Of a stretch of 64,000 nt of DNA, positions 47,594 through 55,911 are shown one piece after another; the stretch's first letter is position 1, and the number at the start of each line of letters is the position of its first letter. This DNA comes from a virus. Its lineage: Duplodnaviria; Caudoviricetes. The DNA lies in IMG/VR virus record IMGVR_UViG_3300002185_000031, positions 10,628 through 74,627 of that record, one strand, 5' to 3'. Below the pieces are notes generated by a model, which saw only the letters and a program-made list of their open reading frames with translations, made no database searches and was not told the origin of the DNA. The translations under genes were made by a program, and so were the position numbers.

Positions 47594-47794
47594 ATGTTAT
47601 TATTGTACTCAGAGGTGTTGCAAATGCTAGATTTAAAAGAAAAAGCTATCCGCACATTATCCGCCATGTCGGATGGCGATAAGGAAGAATTAAAAAAAAT
47701 GATAGATTTTAGCTCGGCGTATTTACAAGATATTGTATCACCTATTTATCAGAAAGACTTCGAGAGAGAGCTGCGGGAGTTACTAATGGAATAG
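47594..47794 (+). CDS. Hypothetical protein, first gene of the island
   Basis: GAGG RBS; likely start MLDLKEK. Confidence 0.6.
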   Translation: MLLLYSEVLQMLDLKEKAIRTLSAMSDGDKEELKKMIDFSSAYLQDIVSPIYQKDFERELRELLME

Positions 47795-47807
47795 TGGAGG
47801 CTGCAAA

Positions 47808-48389
47808 ATGATTAAAGTTAAACAATTGCAAAATACAACTAAAATATTTTCAGATGAGGCATTTAATTCTCATTATGAGCTATATAAAAATTATTGTGTT
47901 AAATACAACGAGATTCAAGAAGAGTTAAAAGAATATGCGGGCTGTCCTGATGCGGATAAGAATTATTCACGGTATCGGGGCATAAAAAAAGAAGAGGCTC
48001 ACAATCTTAACGCCATAACGCTCCATGAGCTATTTTTCAAGAATATATCAGACAATTCAACAAACCCACAAGAGCATTTTACAGAGCTTGTACAGCGTTT
48101 TTTTGGTAGTTTTGAAGATTGGCAAAAAGATTTCATTGCAACTGCAAAAGCAAGCCGTGGCTGGGTTGTAACTGTGTATGAGCAGCGTTCAGGTGAGATT
48201 AAAAATATGCTGATAGATAATCATGATATAGGTGTTTTTATAAGTTCGTATCCGCTCTTAGTGTTGGATTGCTGGGAACACAGCTATATAATGGACTGTC
48301 ACAATAATATTGACAAATACATTGAAAAGTTTTTACATAACATTGACTGGCGTGTGGTTGAAACACGCTCAAAAGCCGTGGAGGTGTAA
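47808..48389 (+). CDS. Fe/Mn superoxide dismutase-like protein
   Basis: Metal ligands FNSHY, TLHELFF, LDCWEHSY. Confidence 0.92.
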   Translation: MIKVKQLQNTTKIFSDEAFNSHYELYKNYCVKYNEIQEELKEYAGCPDADKNYSRYRGIKKEEAHNLNAITLHELFFKNISDNSTNPQEHFTELVQRFFGSFEDWQKDFIATAKASRGWVVTVYEQRSGEIKNMLIDNHDIGVFISSYPLLVLDCWEHSYIMDCHNNIDKYIEKFLHNIDWRVVETRSKAVEV

Positions 48390-48392
48390 ATA

Positions 48393-48659
48393 ATGGATGA
48401 TAAATTCGTAAAAAACGTAGCTCTTGGTGCAATTCTAGCGGGTACAGGCTTGATTTTGCATTCGTTGAGTAATGCTCCAAAAGAGATTAAAGACGAGCTG
48501 CAAAAAGTATCTGGCGTTGATGGCATAGATGCTGTTAAACAATTGATAGATTCTAAACATGAAACTAAGAACCAAGAACATACGGAACATACGGACGAGC
48601 AGCAACCTAAACATGGGGAAGATGGGGAAGATGGGATTAAACTTATTCCGAGTATTTAA
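48393..48659 (+). CDS. Small protein with N-terminal TM
   Basis: VALGAILAGTGLIL; GGAGG RBS. Confidence 0.65.
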   Translation: MDDKFVKNVALGAILAGTGLILHSLSNAPKEIKDELQKVSGVDGIDAVKQLIDSKHETKNQEHTEHTDEQQPKHGEDGEDGIKLIPSI

Positions 48660-49234
48660 TGGGGGTGCTTAACATGAATAGTGGATATGATATGTTGCGT
48701 CAATTTTTAGCGGGCGAAAACCCTGCTGCGAATAATCAGAATCAAAACCAGAATTATGCACAGCAACAGTCTGTCGATACGTTACAAAAACCACAAGCAA
48801 GCAAACGGATATTTGAAATTAGTTCTAAGGATGATTTGCCATATTTAGAGCCTGATGATTCTGGGCAAAAACAAATAGCCATATGCGAGGCTGAAAATCG
48901 CATATATGTAGGGCGGTATAACCACAGCCGTAAAGCTACAGATTGGAGAAAATCCTATATTGAGGAAAGCGAAATGCCTATACCGCAGCCCGCCGATAAT
49001 TCCGAAATTATGAATAAAATTGTTGATGTGCTGGTGGGATTGAGCAGCAAACTTGATGCTATTGATGAAAAACAAGATAGCGTTGCGGCTGAAATAAAGC
49101 AGATTAAGAAAAAAGCGGCACAACCTACAGCTGCTGAATCAATACCAATAACAAAGTCTAAAGCTAAACCGAAAAAGAAAGCCCCGATTGTTGCAGATGA
49201 AGACGATGATGAGGATTATGAAGAGGAGGAATAG
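48659..49234 (+). CDS. N/Q-rich hypothetical protein
   Basis: Low-complexity N-terminus, coiled coil, acidic tail. Confidence 0.75.
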   Translation: MGVLNMNSGYDMLRQFLAGENPAANNQNQNQNYAQQQSVDTLQKPQASKRIFEISSKDDLPYLEPDDSGQKQIAICEAENRIYVGRYNHSRKATDWRKSYIEESEMPIPQPADNSEIMNKIVDVLVGLSSKLDAIDEKQDSVAAEIKQIKKKAAQPTAAESIPITKSKAKPKKKAPIVADEDDDEDYEEEE

Positions 49235-49237
49235 ATT

Positions 49238-49639
49238 ATGAAAACAAGTGATATTATCAGTTTTGCAATGGGTGTGCCTGCTCTTGCGGGATTGGCTATG
49301 AAAGCCAAGAATACAGGCAAAGTTGATAAATACGAAGCCTTAAAAGCGGTTTCTTCCCTTTCTCCTGATTTGAAAAAATGCACCAATATAGCACTTGATT
49401 CAGCAGATGCGGGGGAGAGTTTGCCACAAATAGCTGGCAAACTAATGAATGTTGGTGAAGTATCTCTGTTTGGCAAAACGATTAACACAAGAACTATGAA
49501 AGATGATCTAAGAGAATATGGCGGTAAGCCCGGCTCAATTTTGGCTAACATCCTTGATTGGATGCCCACAGCCCCGCCGGAGCAAGTCGTATCTTTCGGT
49601 GATAGCGCAAGCGATTTGAAAACTTGGATTAATAGCTAA
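49238..49639 (+). CDS. Hypothetical protein
   Basis: Coupled operon gene. Confidence 0.7.
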   Translation: MKTSDIISFAMGVPALAGLAMKAKNTGKVDKYEALKAVSSLSPDLKKCTNIALDSADAGESLPQIAGKLMNVGEVSLFGKTINTRTMKDDLREYGGKPGSILANILDWMPTAPPEQVVSFGDSASDLKTWINS

Positions 49640-49685
49640 TGCCATTGGCATTACTATAAATATCATATAAGAAGGAGGAACACAC

Positions 49686-50225
49686 ATGGATTTCACACAT
49701 GATGGGGATTATGTCCGTACTGGTGGAGCGGGCGGCGGTATAAGCGCAGCTGCAATGATGATGATGGCTGTTGTGGTATTTGTAATTATATTTATCATAG
49801 CTGTTATTTTTTTAGCCGCTTTTGCCTTTAAAGACAAAGACAAAAGAGTTGTTGACGAATACCCACGCAAAGAAAACAACATCGCTGAAATGATGGCTAT
49901 GATGATGGGCGCAAAGGCCATGGGAAACGATAATGGCAACTACAAAAACCACGCAGACCTTGACAGGAAAGAAATTCTGGAAAAGTTAGAGCATAATGAG
50001 GATAGGGCTGTTGCAAGACAAACCCAGTCTGAAATTGGTGCGCTTGGTTTATTGATGCAAAAAGAAATGAGCGACAATGAAAAATTGAACCTTACTAATT
50101 TTGCAAAACTTGAAAACCAGCTCGGAGCTTTGACCATGGGCATGACTACATTGTTGACCGAAAGAAACAACGATGTTATTGTGGACAAATTGCTGAACCG
50201 TCTGGCTTGGGGTAAGGCTTGCTAA
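49686..50225 (+). CDS. Gly-rich TM / coiled-coil protein
   Basis: AAGGAGG RBS; GGAGGG followed by a hydrophobic helix. Confidence 0.75.
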   Translation: MDFTHDGDYVRTGGAGGGISAAAMMMMAVVVFVIIFIIAVIFLAAFAFKDKDKRVVDEYPRKENNIAEMMAMMMGAKAMGNDNGNYKNHADLDRKEILEKLEHNEDRAVARQTQSEIGALGLLMQKEMSDNEKLNLTNFAKLENQLGALTMGMTTLLTERNNDVIVDKLLNRLAWGKAC

Positions 50226-50350
50226 TTGCTTAACCCCTGTATTTATCTAATTCCGATATCTAACCCGATATTGCTTGGCTGGCGCGCCAAATGTATATAC
50301 AAGTCGGGTGGTGGAGGGTTTGATAAATATATATGAAAGAGGGTTTTCCT

Positions 50351-51659
50351 ATGATTACTTGCAGAACTGGCGAAACTTTCTCAAGATTCGCTTGCCCTCC
50401 TAGACGACATCGTGACGTTAGAGCCACTGCCGTTAGGAATTTTCCTGTACAATGTCAAGCACCGAAGCCAATTAGCGGTGTTCGGGTAGTCCAAGAAGCG
50501 GGTGTTCAAAACGCTTTGATTCTTGTCGGAGGCGTAGATGCTTTTATGCCAAATATGGACTACAACCTTGTGCTGTCAGAAAACGTGATTAATCCCACAT
50601 CATTTAATTTCCCGGCGTATCTTTTGGTAAAGGCTGGAGATTTACACACATTGGATGTGAAAATGTCCGTTCACACTTTTTCTGCTAATCAGCAGGGTAT
50701 TATGGTAGCTTAAAAAATAGCCATAATGCTAACGGGGAAACCTAAACCTATACGGTATGGCAATCCCGTGGGAAGTCCTAATAATAGGAAACCTGTATCG
50801 ACTATCCGCTTGGTAGCGGAGTAGGGTTGCTATTGATACGCAACTCGAAATGGGTGTGGTGTTGCAACTGCAACATTAAGAGATAGTCAGTACCTATGGA
50901 AACATAGGATAAAACGGTTACTACAGCCAATTTGCAAAATCACCCAGTAACACGCTTTTTGCGTCATACTTTTGATGGCGTTAATGCTGATGACTTGTTC
51001 GAGCTTGCGCCAGATGACTTGTTGGCAGAAACTCAAACAAATCATTGCATACCACCTCGCAAGCCAGTTGTAAACATAATTCACCCTGCATCTTTGCAAG
51101 GTAGAAGTTATGTTACTATCCGTATTGATTATTATCAATGTGGTCAGTTCATTACAGAAGAATTTTGGTGGAATACTGCCGTCCTCAATAGTAATATTGA
51201 GGATTATGAGTGGGCAAATACGGTAAATTCTAAACCGAGGATATCGGCATGAAAATACCGTGGTAAGCAATCAGATTGCGAAAGGCTGATTGCCACTGTA
51301 GAGCGTACAGGGTGAATAAATATAATCCCTGCAAGAGTGTCCGCAGCCCTACATTCGAGGGTTAAAATGTACGCCGAACTATCCGAAAGGAATAGAAGCA
51401 AAGGATAAAAAGCCTTTGCGATAACATAATTGATATTATTCCAATCATCCGTATGGACACACAAACCCTGCGTGGTGCTGATTTGGTTAATTGGGTAGAC
51501 AATGCCAACAGAGCAGTATCTCGCGTGATTATCCCTTGCGAAAGCAACGACCGCGGCGAACTTCTTATCCCAGAACCTGTTCAAAACAGATGCGGACATA
51601 GAGGATTTGTCGGCGGCGGGCATAACGGATTTAATATGATTCGTAGTGCTTGGGCGTAA
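50351..51659 (+). CDS. Three-exon gene (50351-50623, 50917-51169, 51433-51659), 250 aa after removing two group I introns
   Basis: Exon lengths 273+253+227=753 nt, in frame; junctions read PAYL|VTTAN and EEFW|YIIPII. Confidence 0.7.
50624..50916 (+). ncRNA. Group I intron 1 (IA2/T4 td-like, no homing endonuclease)
   Basis: P4 ACGGGG/AATCCCGT; P7 GACTA(50800)/TAGTC(50884); P7.1 and P7.2; P8; GAAA-capped P9; P9.0 GT/AC before omega-G. 5' splice site less certain. Confidence 0.85.
51170..51432 (+). ncRNA. Group I intron 2 (IA-type, no homing endonuclease)
   Basis: P1 with U51169.G51178; GTAA-capped P2; P3 GTGGGCA/TGTCCGC; P4 ACGGTA/TACCGT; P7 GCGTAC/GTACGC; P9 and P9.1; ends ATAATTG. Confidence 0.88.
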
Positions 51660-51722
51660 AATTAATTGGAATAAGGGGGCGAGGGCAACTTTGCCCCCTC
51701 TTTTCTAAAAGGAGAGAGTAAA

Positions 51723-51917
51723 ATGACAGAAACATTATCATATAACGTGCCATGTTGCGCTATCCTAAAAGCATTAATCCTGTCCTATGCTGATAAGCAA
51801 GCCGTTACTCTTACTAATAACGATATTGACAAAATTATATTGACTATCAATCAAGAAGGACAAGAAAAGGCTTTAGCTATCGTTAATGGGTATTTGGCTG
51901 GTTTGAAGTCTAGTTGA
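51723..51917 (+). CDS. Hypothetical protein
   Basis: AAAGGAG RBS. Confidence 0.7.
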   Translation: MTETLSYNVPCCAILKALILSYADKQAVTLTNNDIDKIILTINQEGQEKALAIVNGYLAGLKSS

Positions 51918-51918
51918 T

Positions 51919-53028
51919 ATGGAAGTCTATCTCGATAATGCAGCTACGACAAAAATTGATGATAGAGTTTGGGAATACATGATTAGCCTAAAAGAGCATT
52001 ATGGTAACGCTTCATGTCCTCATGCTATGGGCAAGAAAGCACAAGAAATAATCGAAAATGCTCGTGAAATCATCGCTAAAAAAATCAATGCCAGCCCAAA
52101 CGAAATAATCTTCACTAGCAGCGGTACAGAATCAAATAATTTAGCAATACTCGGCTTTGTTAGTGCTAATATGCGCAAACGGCAGCATATCATAACCACT
52201 GCAATAGAACATATAAGTGTTATTGAGCCGTTAGAACATTTGAACTATTGCGGGTATGATGTGTCTTTCTTGTCTGTAAATAGCCAAGGGTTGATTGATA
52301 TTTCCTTGTTAGAAAATGAAACATTTCATGATACTGCCCTAATATCAGTAAGTTTGGCAAATAATGAACTTGGCACAGTCAATGACATTGCAGCTATAGG
52401 TAAAATTGCTAAACGCCATGGGATTATTTTTCACTGTGATGCTGTTACGGCGTTCCCGCATATGCCTATTGATGTTAAGGCTTTGGGCGTGGATATGATG
52501 AGCTTGTCAGCGCACAAGGTATACGCCCCTAAAGGTATCGGTGCATTATATATTAGCAAAGATATTGATATTGAGCCTATTGTATTTGGCGGCAAGGCTG
52601 AGTTTGGTATTCGTGCGGGTACGGAAAATGTGTTGGGGATTGCTGCTATGGGTAAAGCGATTGAAATCTTGGATTATTCGGCCTACAACAAAAGCCTAAT
52701 TTATCAGTTTCAACAAGACATTAAAATCAATGTACGGCCTGCATATTTTAATAATCTCAACCCCGAAATCCCCATCCTCAATGTACGATTTGACGGTATA
52801 GATGGTGCTTGGTTAGTACAGGCGTTATCTAACAGGGGCGTTTATGTATCGCAAGGCTCATGTTCAAATCGTGGTTTATCACATGTGCTTTTTGAGATTG
52901 GTTTAACAAAAAAACAAATTAGAGAAAGTATTAGGATTAGTTTGTCAAAATATACCACACAAGAAGAAATCGAGTATGCATTAAAAGTTTTGATTGAGTT
53001 AATAAATAACCCGAAAGGGATTATATAA
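51919..53028 (+). CDS. iscS: Cysteine desulfurase (IscS/NifS class)
   Basis: YLDNAATT, FTSSGTESNN, HCDAV, PLP Lys in SAHKVYAPKGIG, RAGTENV, catalytic Cys in SQGSC. Confidence 0.95.
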   Translation: MEVYLDNAATTKIDDRVWEYMISLKEHYGNASCPHAMGKKAQEIIENAREIIAKKINASPNEIIFTSSGTESNNLAILGFVSANMRKRQHIITTAIEHISVIEPLEHLNYCGYDVSFLSVNSQGLIDISLLENETFHDTALISVSLANNELGTVNDIAAIGKIAKRHGIIFHCDAVTAFPHMPIDVKALGVDMMSLSAHKVYAPKGIGALYISKDIDIEPIVFGGKAEFGIRAGTENVLGIAAMGKAIEILDYSAYNKSLIYQFQQDIKINVRPAYFNNLNPEIPILNVRFDGIDGAWLVQALSNRGVYVSQGSCSNRGLSHVLFEIGLTKKQIRESIRISLSKYTTQEEIEYALKVLIELINNPKGII

Positions 53029-53078
53029 ATGCCGACTGGGTAAAGCCAGCGGGGTAAAAATGAAAAGGAGTAGATAGT

Positions 53079-53789
53079 ATGGACAGGCACACAAACAGAG
53101 CAGCCCATGACGAGGCGAGGCACAATGCAGAAGAAACATTGCGCATGACAAATGCGGATTTGCGCAACCCAAGAATTGCTAATAATGCAAGACGTAGGCA
53201 CATGCTTACCACTATGAAGCGTGAGGCTATGGCGACCATAGCTGAACATGACCGTATGTATGGCGACCGCAATGACCGTCATAATGATGATTACAGAAAT
53301 AATAATCGCAACGACCGCTACAACTACAGGCATAACGATTACCGCAGTGATAACGACCGCCGCATGGACATGATTCATGATGCAATGGACGTAGTAGATA
53401 GAATCCTACCCCATATTACAGGTGAAATGGATGATTATACCGTAGAAAATCGCCGTGGAGTATTTCGCTCTCGTCCAGGGCATAGGAGAGATGGAAGAAA
53501 AACAAGCCCATACCGTGGCGGGAAAAAGTATCATGCTACTGCTGATATGAACAACTACAGCGATGATTATTCTGACGATTGGGAAGATGATGCAGAAAAT
53601 CGCCAACGTGCGGACGATATGGCAAGAACCGCCGCAACAGCAGCCGCTAATACGGCTCGGCGCATGATGGATGACCGCAACCGCTCTGACTATTATCCGC
53701 CTGTAATGCCAAGACAAGACAAAAACGATGACAGGCGCACGATGGATGAGGATGCTGCTCATGGGGCAAGACCAGGAACACGTAGATAA
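53079..53789 (+). CDS. D/R/N-rich low-complexity protein
   Basis: Repetitive NDR/NDY motifs; AAGGAG RBS; terminator at ~53799-53832. Confidence 0.8.
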   Translation: MDRHTNRAAHDEARHNAEETLRMTNADLRNPRIANNARRRHMLTTMKREAMATIAEHDRMYGDRNDRHNDDYRNNNRNDRYNYRHNDYRSDNDRRMDMIHDAMDVVDRILPHITGEMDDYTVENRRGVFRSRPGHRRDGRKTSPYRGGKKYHATADMNNYSDDYSDDWEDDAENRQRADDMARTAATAAANTARRMMDDRNRSDYYPPVMPRQDKNDDRRTMDEDAAHGARPGTRR

Positions 53790-53853
53790 TTTAATTTTCA
53801 AGCCCCTGTCATTGTGATAGTGGCAGGGGCTTGTATTTTTAGGCGGTGATATT

Positions 53854-54435
53854 TTGAACGCAATAGACTTACTGAATACATTAAACAGCAAATACCTATC
53901 AGCAGTTGACTTTCACCGCAACCTTAGCGACTTATACACATGGCTATCGCTTGAAGGATATGCTGCATGGCACAGCTATCAGATGGCAGATGAGCTATTA
54001 ATGCAACGCAAAATCAAAAAGTTCATTGCCGAAAACTATAATATGCCTGTTCCCGATGTTTACAATGGCAGTGTTGATATATTCGAGAATTATACCTCCA
54101 ATCTAAGTCGTGACAAAATTCCAGCAGACAGACGACTTGATATCATCAAGCAGACATGGGAAAAGGATTATATTGATTGGGAAAATGCCGCCCTTTCTGC
54201 TTATGAAGATATCGCCAAAAGGTTACTTGAATTAGGTGATATTGTGGCATTTAACTTTGTCGGCCGCATTATCAGTGAAGTAGCTGGCGAACTTGCCAGA
54301 GTTAAAAACAAAGTCATTGAACTGCAAGGGCATGAATGGGATATGCCACAAATTACAGCAGAGCAATTAGAGCTAACTGATATTTATAGCAAACGGCTTA
54401 ATGAGCTGCGATTTGGGGATGAGCTACTCAGATAG
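53854..54435 (+). CDS. Ferritin-like (four-helix bundle) protein
   Basis: FHRNL..GYAAWHSYQMADE..WENAAL..YE..EVAGELARV. Confidence 0.7.
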   Translation: MNAIDLLNTLNSKYLSAVDFHRNLSDLYTWLSLEGYAAWHSYQMADELLMQRKIKKFIAENYNMPVPDVYNGSVDIFENYTSNLSRDKIPADRRLDIIKQTWEKDYIDWENAALSAYEDIAKRLLELGDIVAFNFVGRIISEVAGELARVKNKVIELQGHEWDMPQITAEQLELTDIYSKRLNELRFGDELLR

Positions 54436-54651
54436 TTTGGGTTTTCTGTGTCTTAGTATAAGACATTTTTCACAAATTGCATCATGAAAACCTTCAAAGT
54501 CTTCAAAAAAATCCATACCATGGTCTGCTTCACCGCAATAATCACAAGTCGTTTCATATAGCTGAAAATATCCGACTAATCAAGTGTCGCATAGATGCAT
54601 ATGTTTATATTTACATGTTGCATTTATACCACAATCATCACATTTTTTCAT
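54424..54651 (-). CDS. 75-aa four-CxxC metal-binding protein with in-frame TGA (54580-54582); selenoprotein candidate or pseudogene
   Basis: AAAGGAG RBS; MKKCDDC..LCDT*L..TCDYC..ICEKCL..SE-TAG; hairpin immediately after the TGA. Confidence 0.65.
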
Positions 54652-54683
54652 TATAATTCTCCTTTCGATAGTGGAGGTTCAAT

Positions 54684-54818
54684 ATGTTTAACTCACCAGC
54701 TTTATATATTGATAAAATTTTTCTAAGCAATTATGCTCTTTTGCTTGTGGCTATACTTCTTTTAGGGCTTATTGCATTGTTACTGTATGGAATACCCAGA
54801 GCTATAAGGAGGCGTTAA
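54684..54818 (+). CDS. 44-aa single-TM peptide
   Basis: GGAGG RBS; YALLLVAILLLGLIALLLYGIPRAIRRR. Confidence 0.65.
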   Translation: MFNSPALYIDKIFLSNYALLLVAILLLGLIALLLYGIPRAIRRR

Positions 54819-54819
54819 T

Positions 54820-55077
54820 ATGGAAAACGAAAACATAAGAGGTGGATGTGGAAGTACACGGTGCTTTCAACTCTCTCATTTTCGCTGTCCACGATTCAAA
54901 AATGAAGTAATCCGCTTATTAGACAAGGTATTTGCTACTGATAAGGATGTATCAGACTTGCTTAAACGGATTGAGGCACTTGAGGCAAGTGGTGGAGCTG
55001 TATTGCCTAATATAACGGCACAAGCTGAAACACTTCCACCAAGTTCACAAGCGACTGCAAATGTAGTCGTAACATAA
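54820..55077 (+). CDS. Fibre-like segment 1 (coiled coil plus half repeat)
   Basis: LLKRIEALEA..ETLPPSSQATANVVVT. Confidence 0.75.
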   Translation: MENENIRGGCGSTRCFQLSHFRCPRFKNEVIRLLDKVFATDKDVSDLLKRIEALEASGGAVLPNITAQAETLPPSSQATANVVVT

Positions 55078-55098
55078 AAATAATAGGAGGAATTTATT

Positions 55099-55401
55099 AT
55101 GACAACGTGGAATTTTGAATTTGGAATCCCTTCTGGATTATCAGCCTACGATGTAGCAGTAGCAAACGGTTTTGTAGGCACGGAACAAGAATGGCTTGCA
55201 AGTCTTGTAGGCGCAGCAGGTACAAATGGCACAAACGGCGAATCCGCTTATCAAATCTGGCTTGACCAAGGAAATACTGGTACAGAGCAAGATTTTCTTG
55301 ATTCTATTGCGGCAACGGCAGTAGCAGATATTACTTTTACAGCCAGCGCAACAGCTTTAAGCCCAGGCAGTCAACCAACTGTACAAGTTACAACGGCATA
55401 G
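55099..55401 (+). CDS. Fibre-like segment 2 (collagen-associated repeats)
   Basis: GLSAYDVAVANGFVGTEQEWLASL; GESAYQIWLDQGNTGTEQDFL. Confidence 0.8.
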   Translation: MTTWNFEFGIPSGLSAYDVAVANGFVGTEQEWLASLVGAAGTNGTNGESAYQIWLDQGNTGTEQDFLDSIAATAVADITFTASATALSPGSQPTVQVTTA

Positions 55402-55413
55402 GGAGTTGATATT

Positions 55414-55854
55414 ATGTCAAAAACAGTAAACTTTGCTTTCGGCATACCGCAAGCCCCAAATTATACAACTATGTTCTGGTCGGGCTATGGTTCAGGTTCT
55501 ACTATCGCCGTAGTTTTAGGCGGTACGCCTGTGCCATTAATCCAAACCACCGCATCAGGTATAACCTTTTCTGGCAATGATGTATTGACCATACAAACCG
55601 CTGGAACATACTTAATATCTTATAAGGTAAATACAACAGCCAGCCTGTTAATGTCAGCGGCAGTTTATCAAAATGGAATTGCGATACCTAGCCTTATCAG
55701 TAATCTTGGTATTGCGGCAAACTCCTTTAGTGGTGAGGCCATTGCCATACTGTCAACAGGTGATACTCTTGAACTTATGCTTTATGGATTGCTTGACACA
55801 GCTGTGCTTGTAGGCGGTGCAGGTGCTACGCTAAATGTTATTCGTATTGCTTGA
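55414..55854 (+). CDS. BclA C-terminal (C1q/TNF-like) domain protein
   Basis: SGITF..LTIQTAGTYLISYKVN..FSGEAIAILSTGDTLEL..ATLNVIRIA. Confidence 0.8.
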   Translation: MSKTVNFAFGIPQAPNYTTMFWSGYGSGSTIAVVLGGTPVPLIQTTASGITFSGNDVLTIQTAGTYLISYKVNTTASLLMSAAVYQNGIAIPSLISNLGIAANSFSGEAIAILSTGDTLELMLYGLLDTAVLVGGAGATLNVIRIA

Positions 55855-55911
55855 TAACGCAAGCCCTAATTAACTTTAGGGCTTGCGTTATTGTGATAAA
55901 TTCAGTTCTTC

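Noticed and set aside
50700-50720. Alternative 5' splice site for intron 1 at U50706 or U50710
   Set aside because: U50706 has a good U.G helix but no in-frame omega-G; U50710 lacks a U.G pair. The P3 partner (cacactt ~50672) and a GAAA hairpin lie upstream, favouring 50623/50624.
50932-51252. Independent ORFs 50932-51252 and 51453-51659, or intron-encoded homing endonucleases
   Set aside because: No RBS and no HNH, GIY-YIG or LAGLIDADG motifs; better explained as exons 2 and 3.
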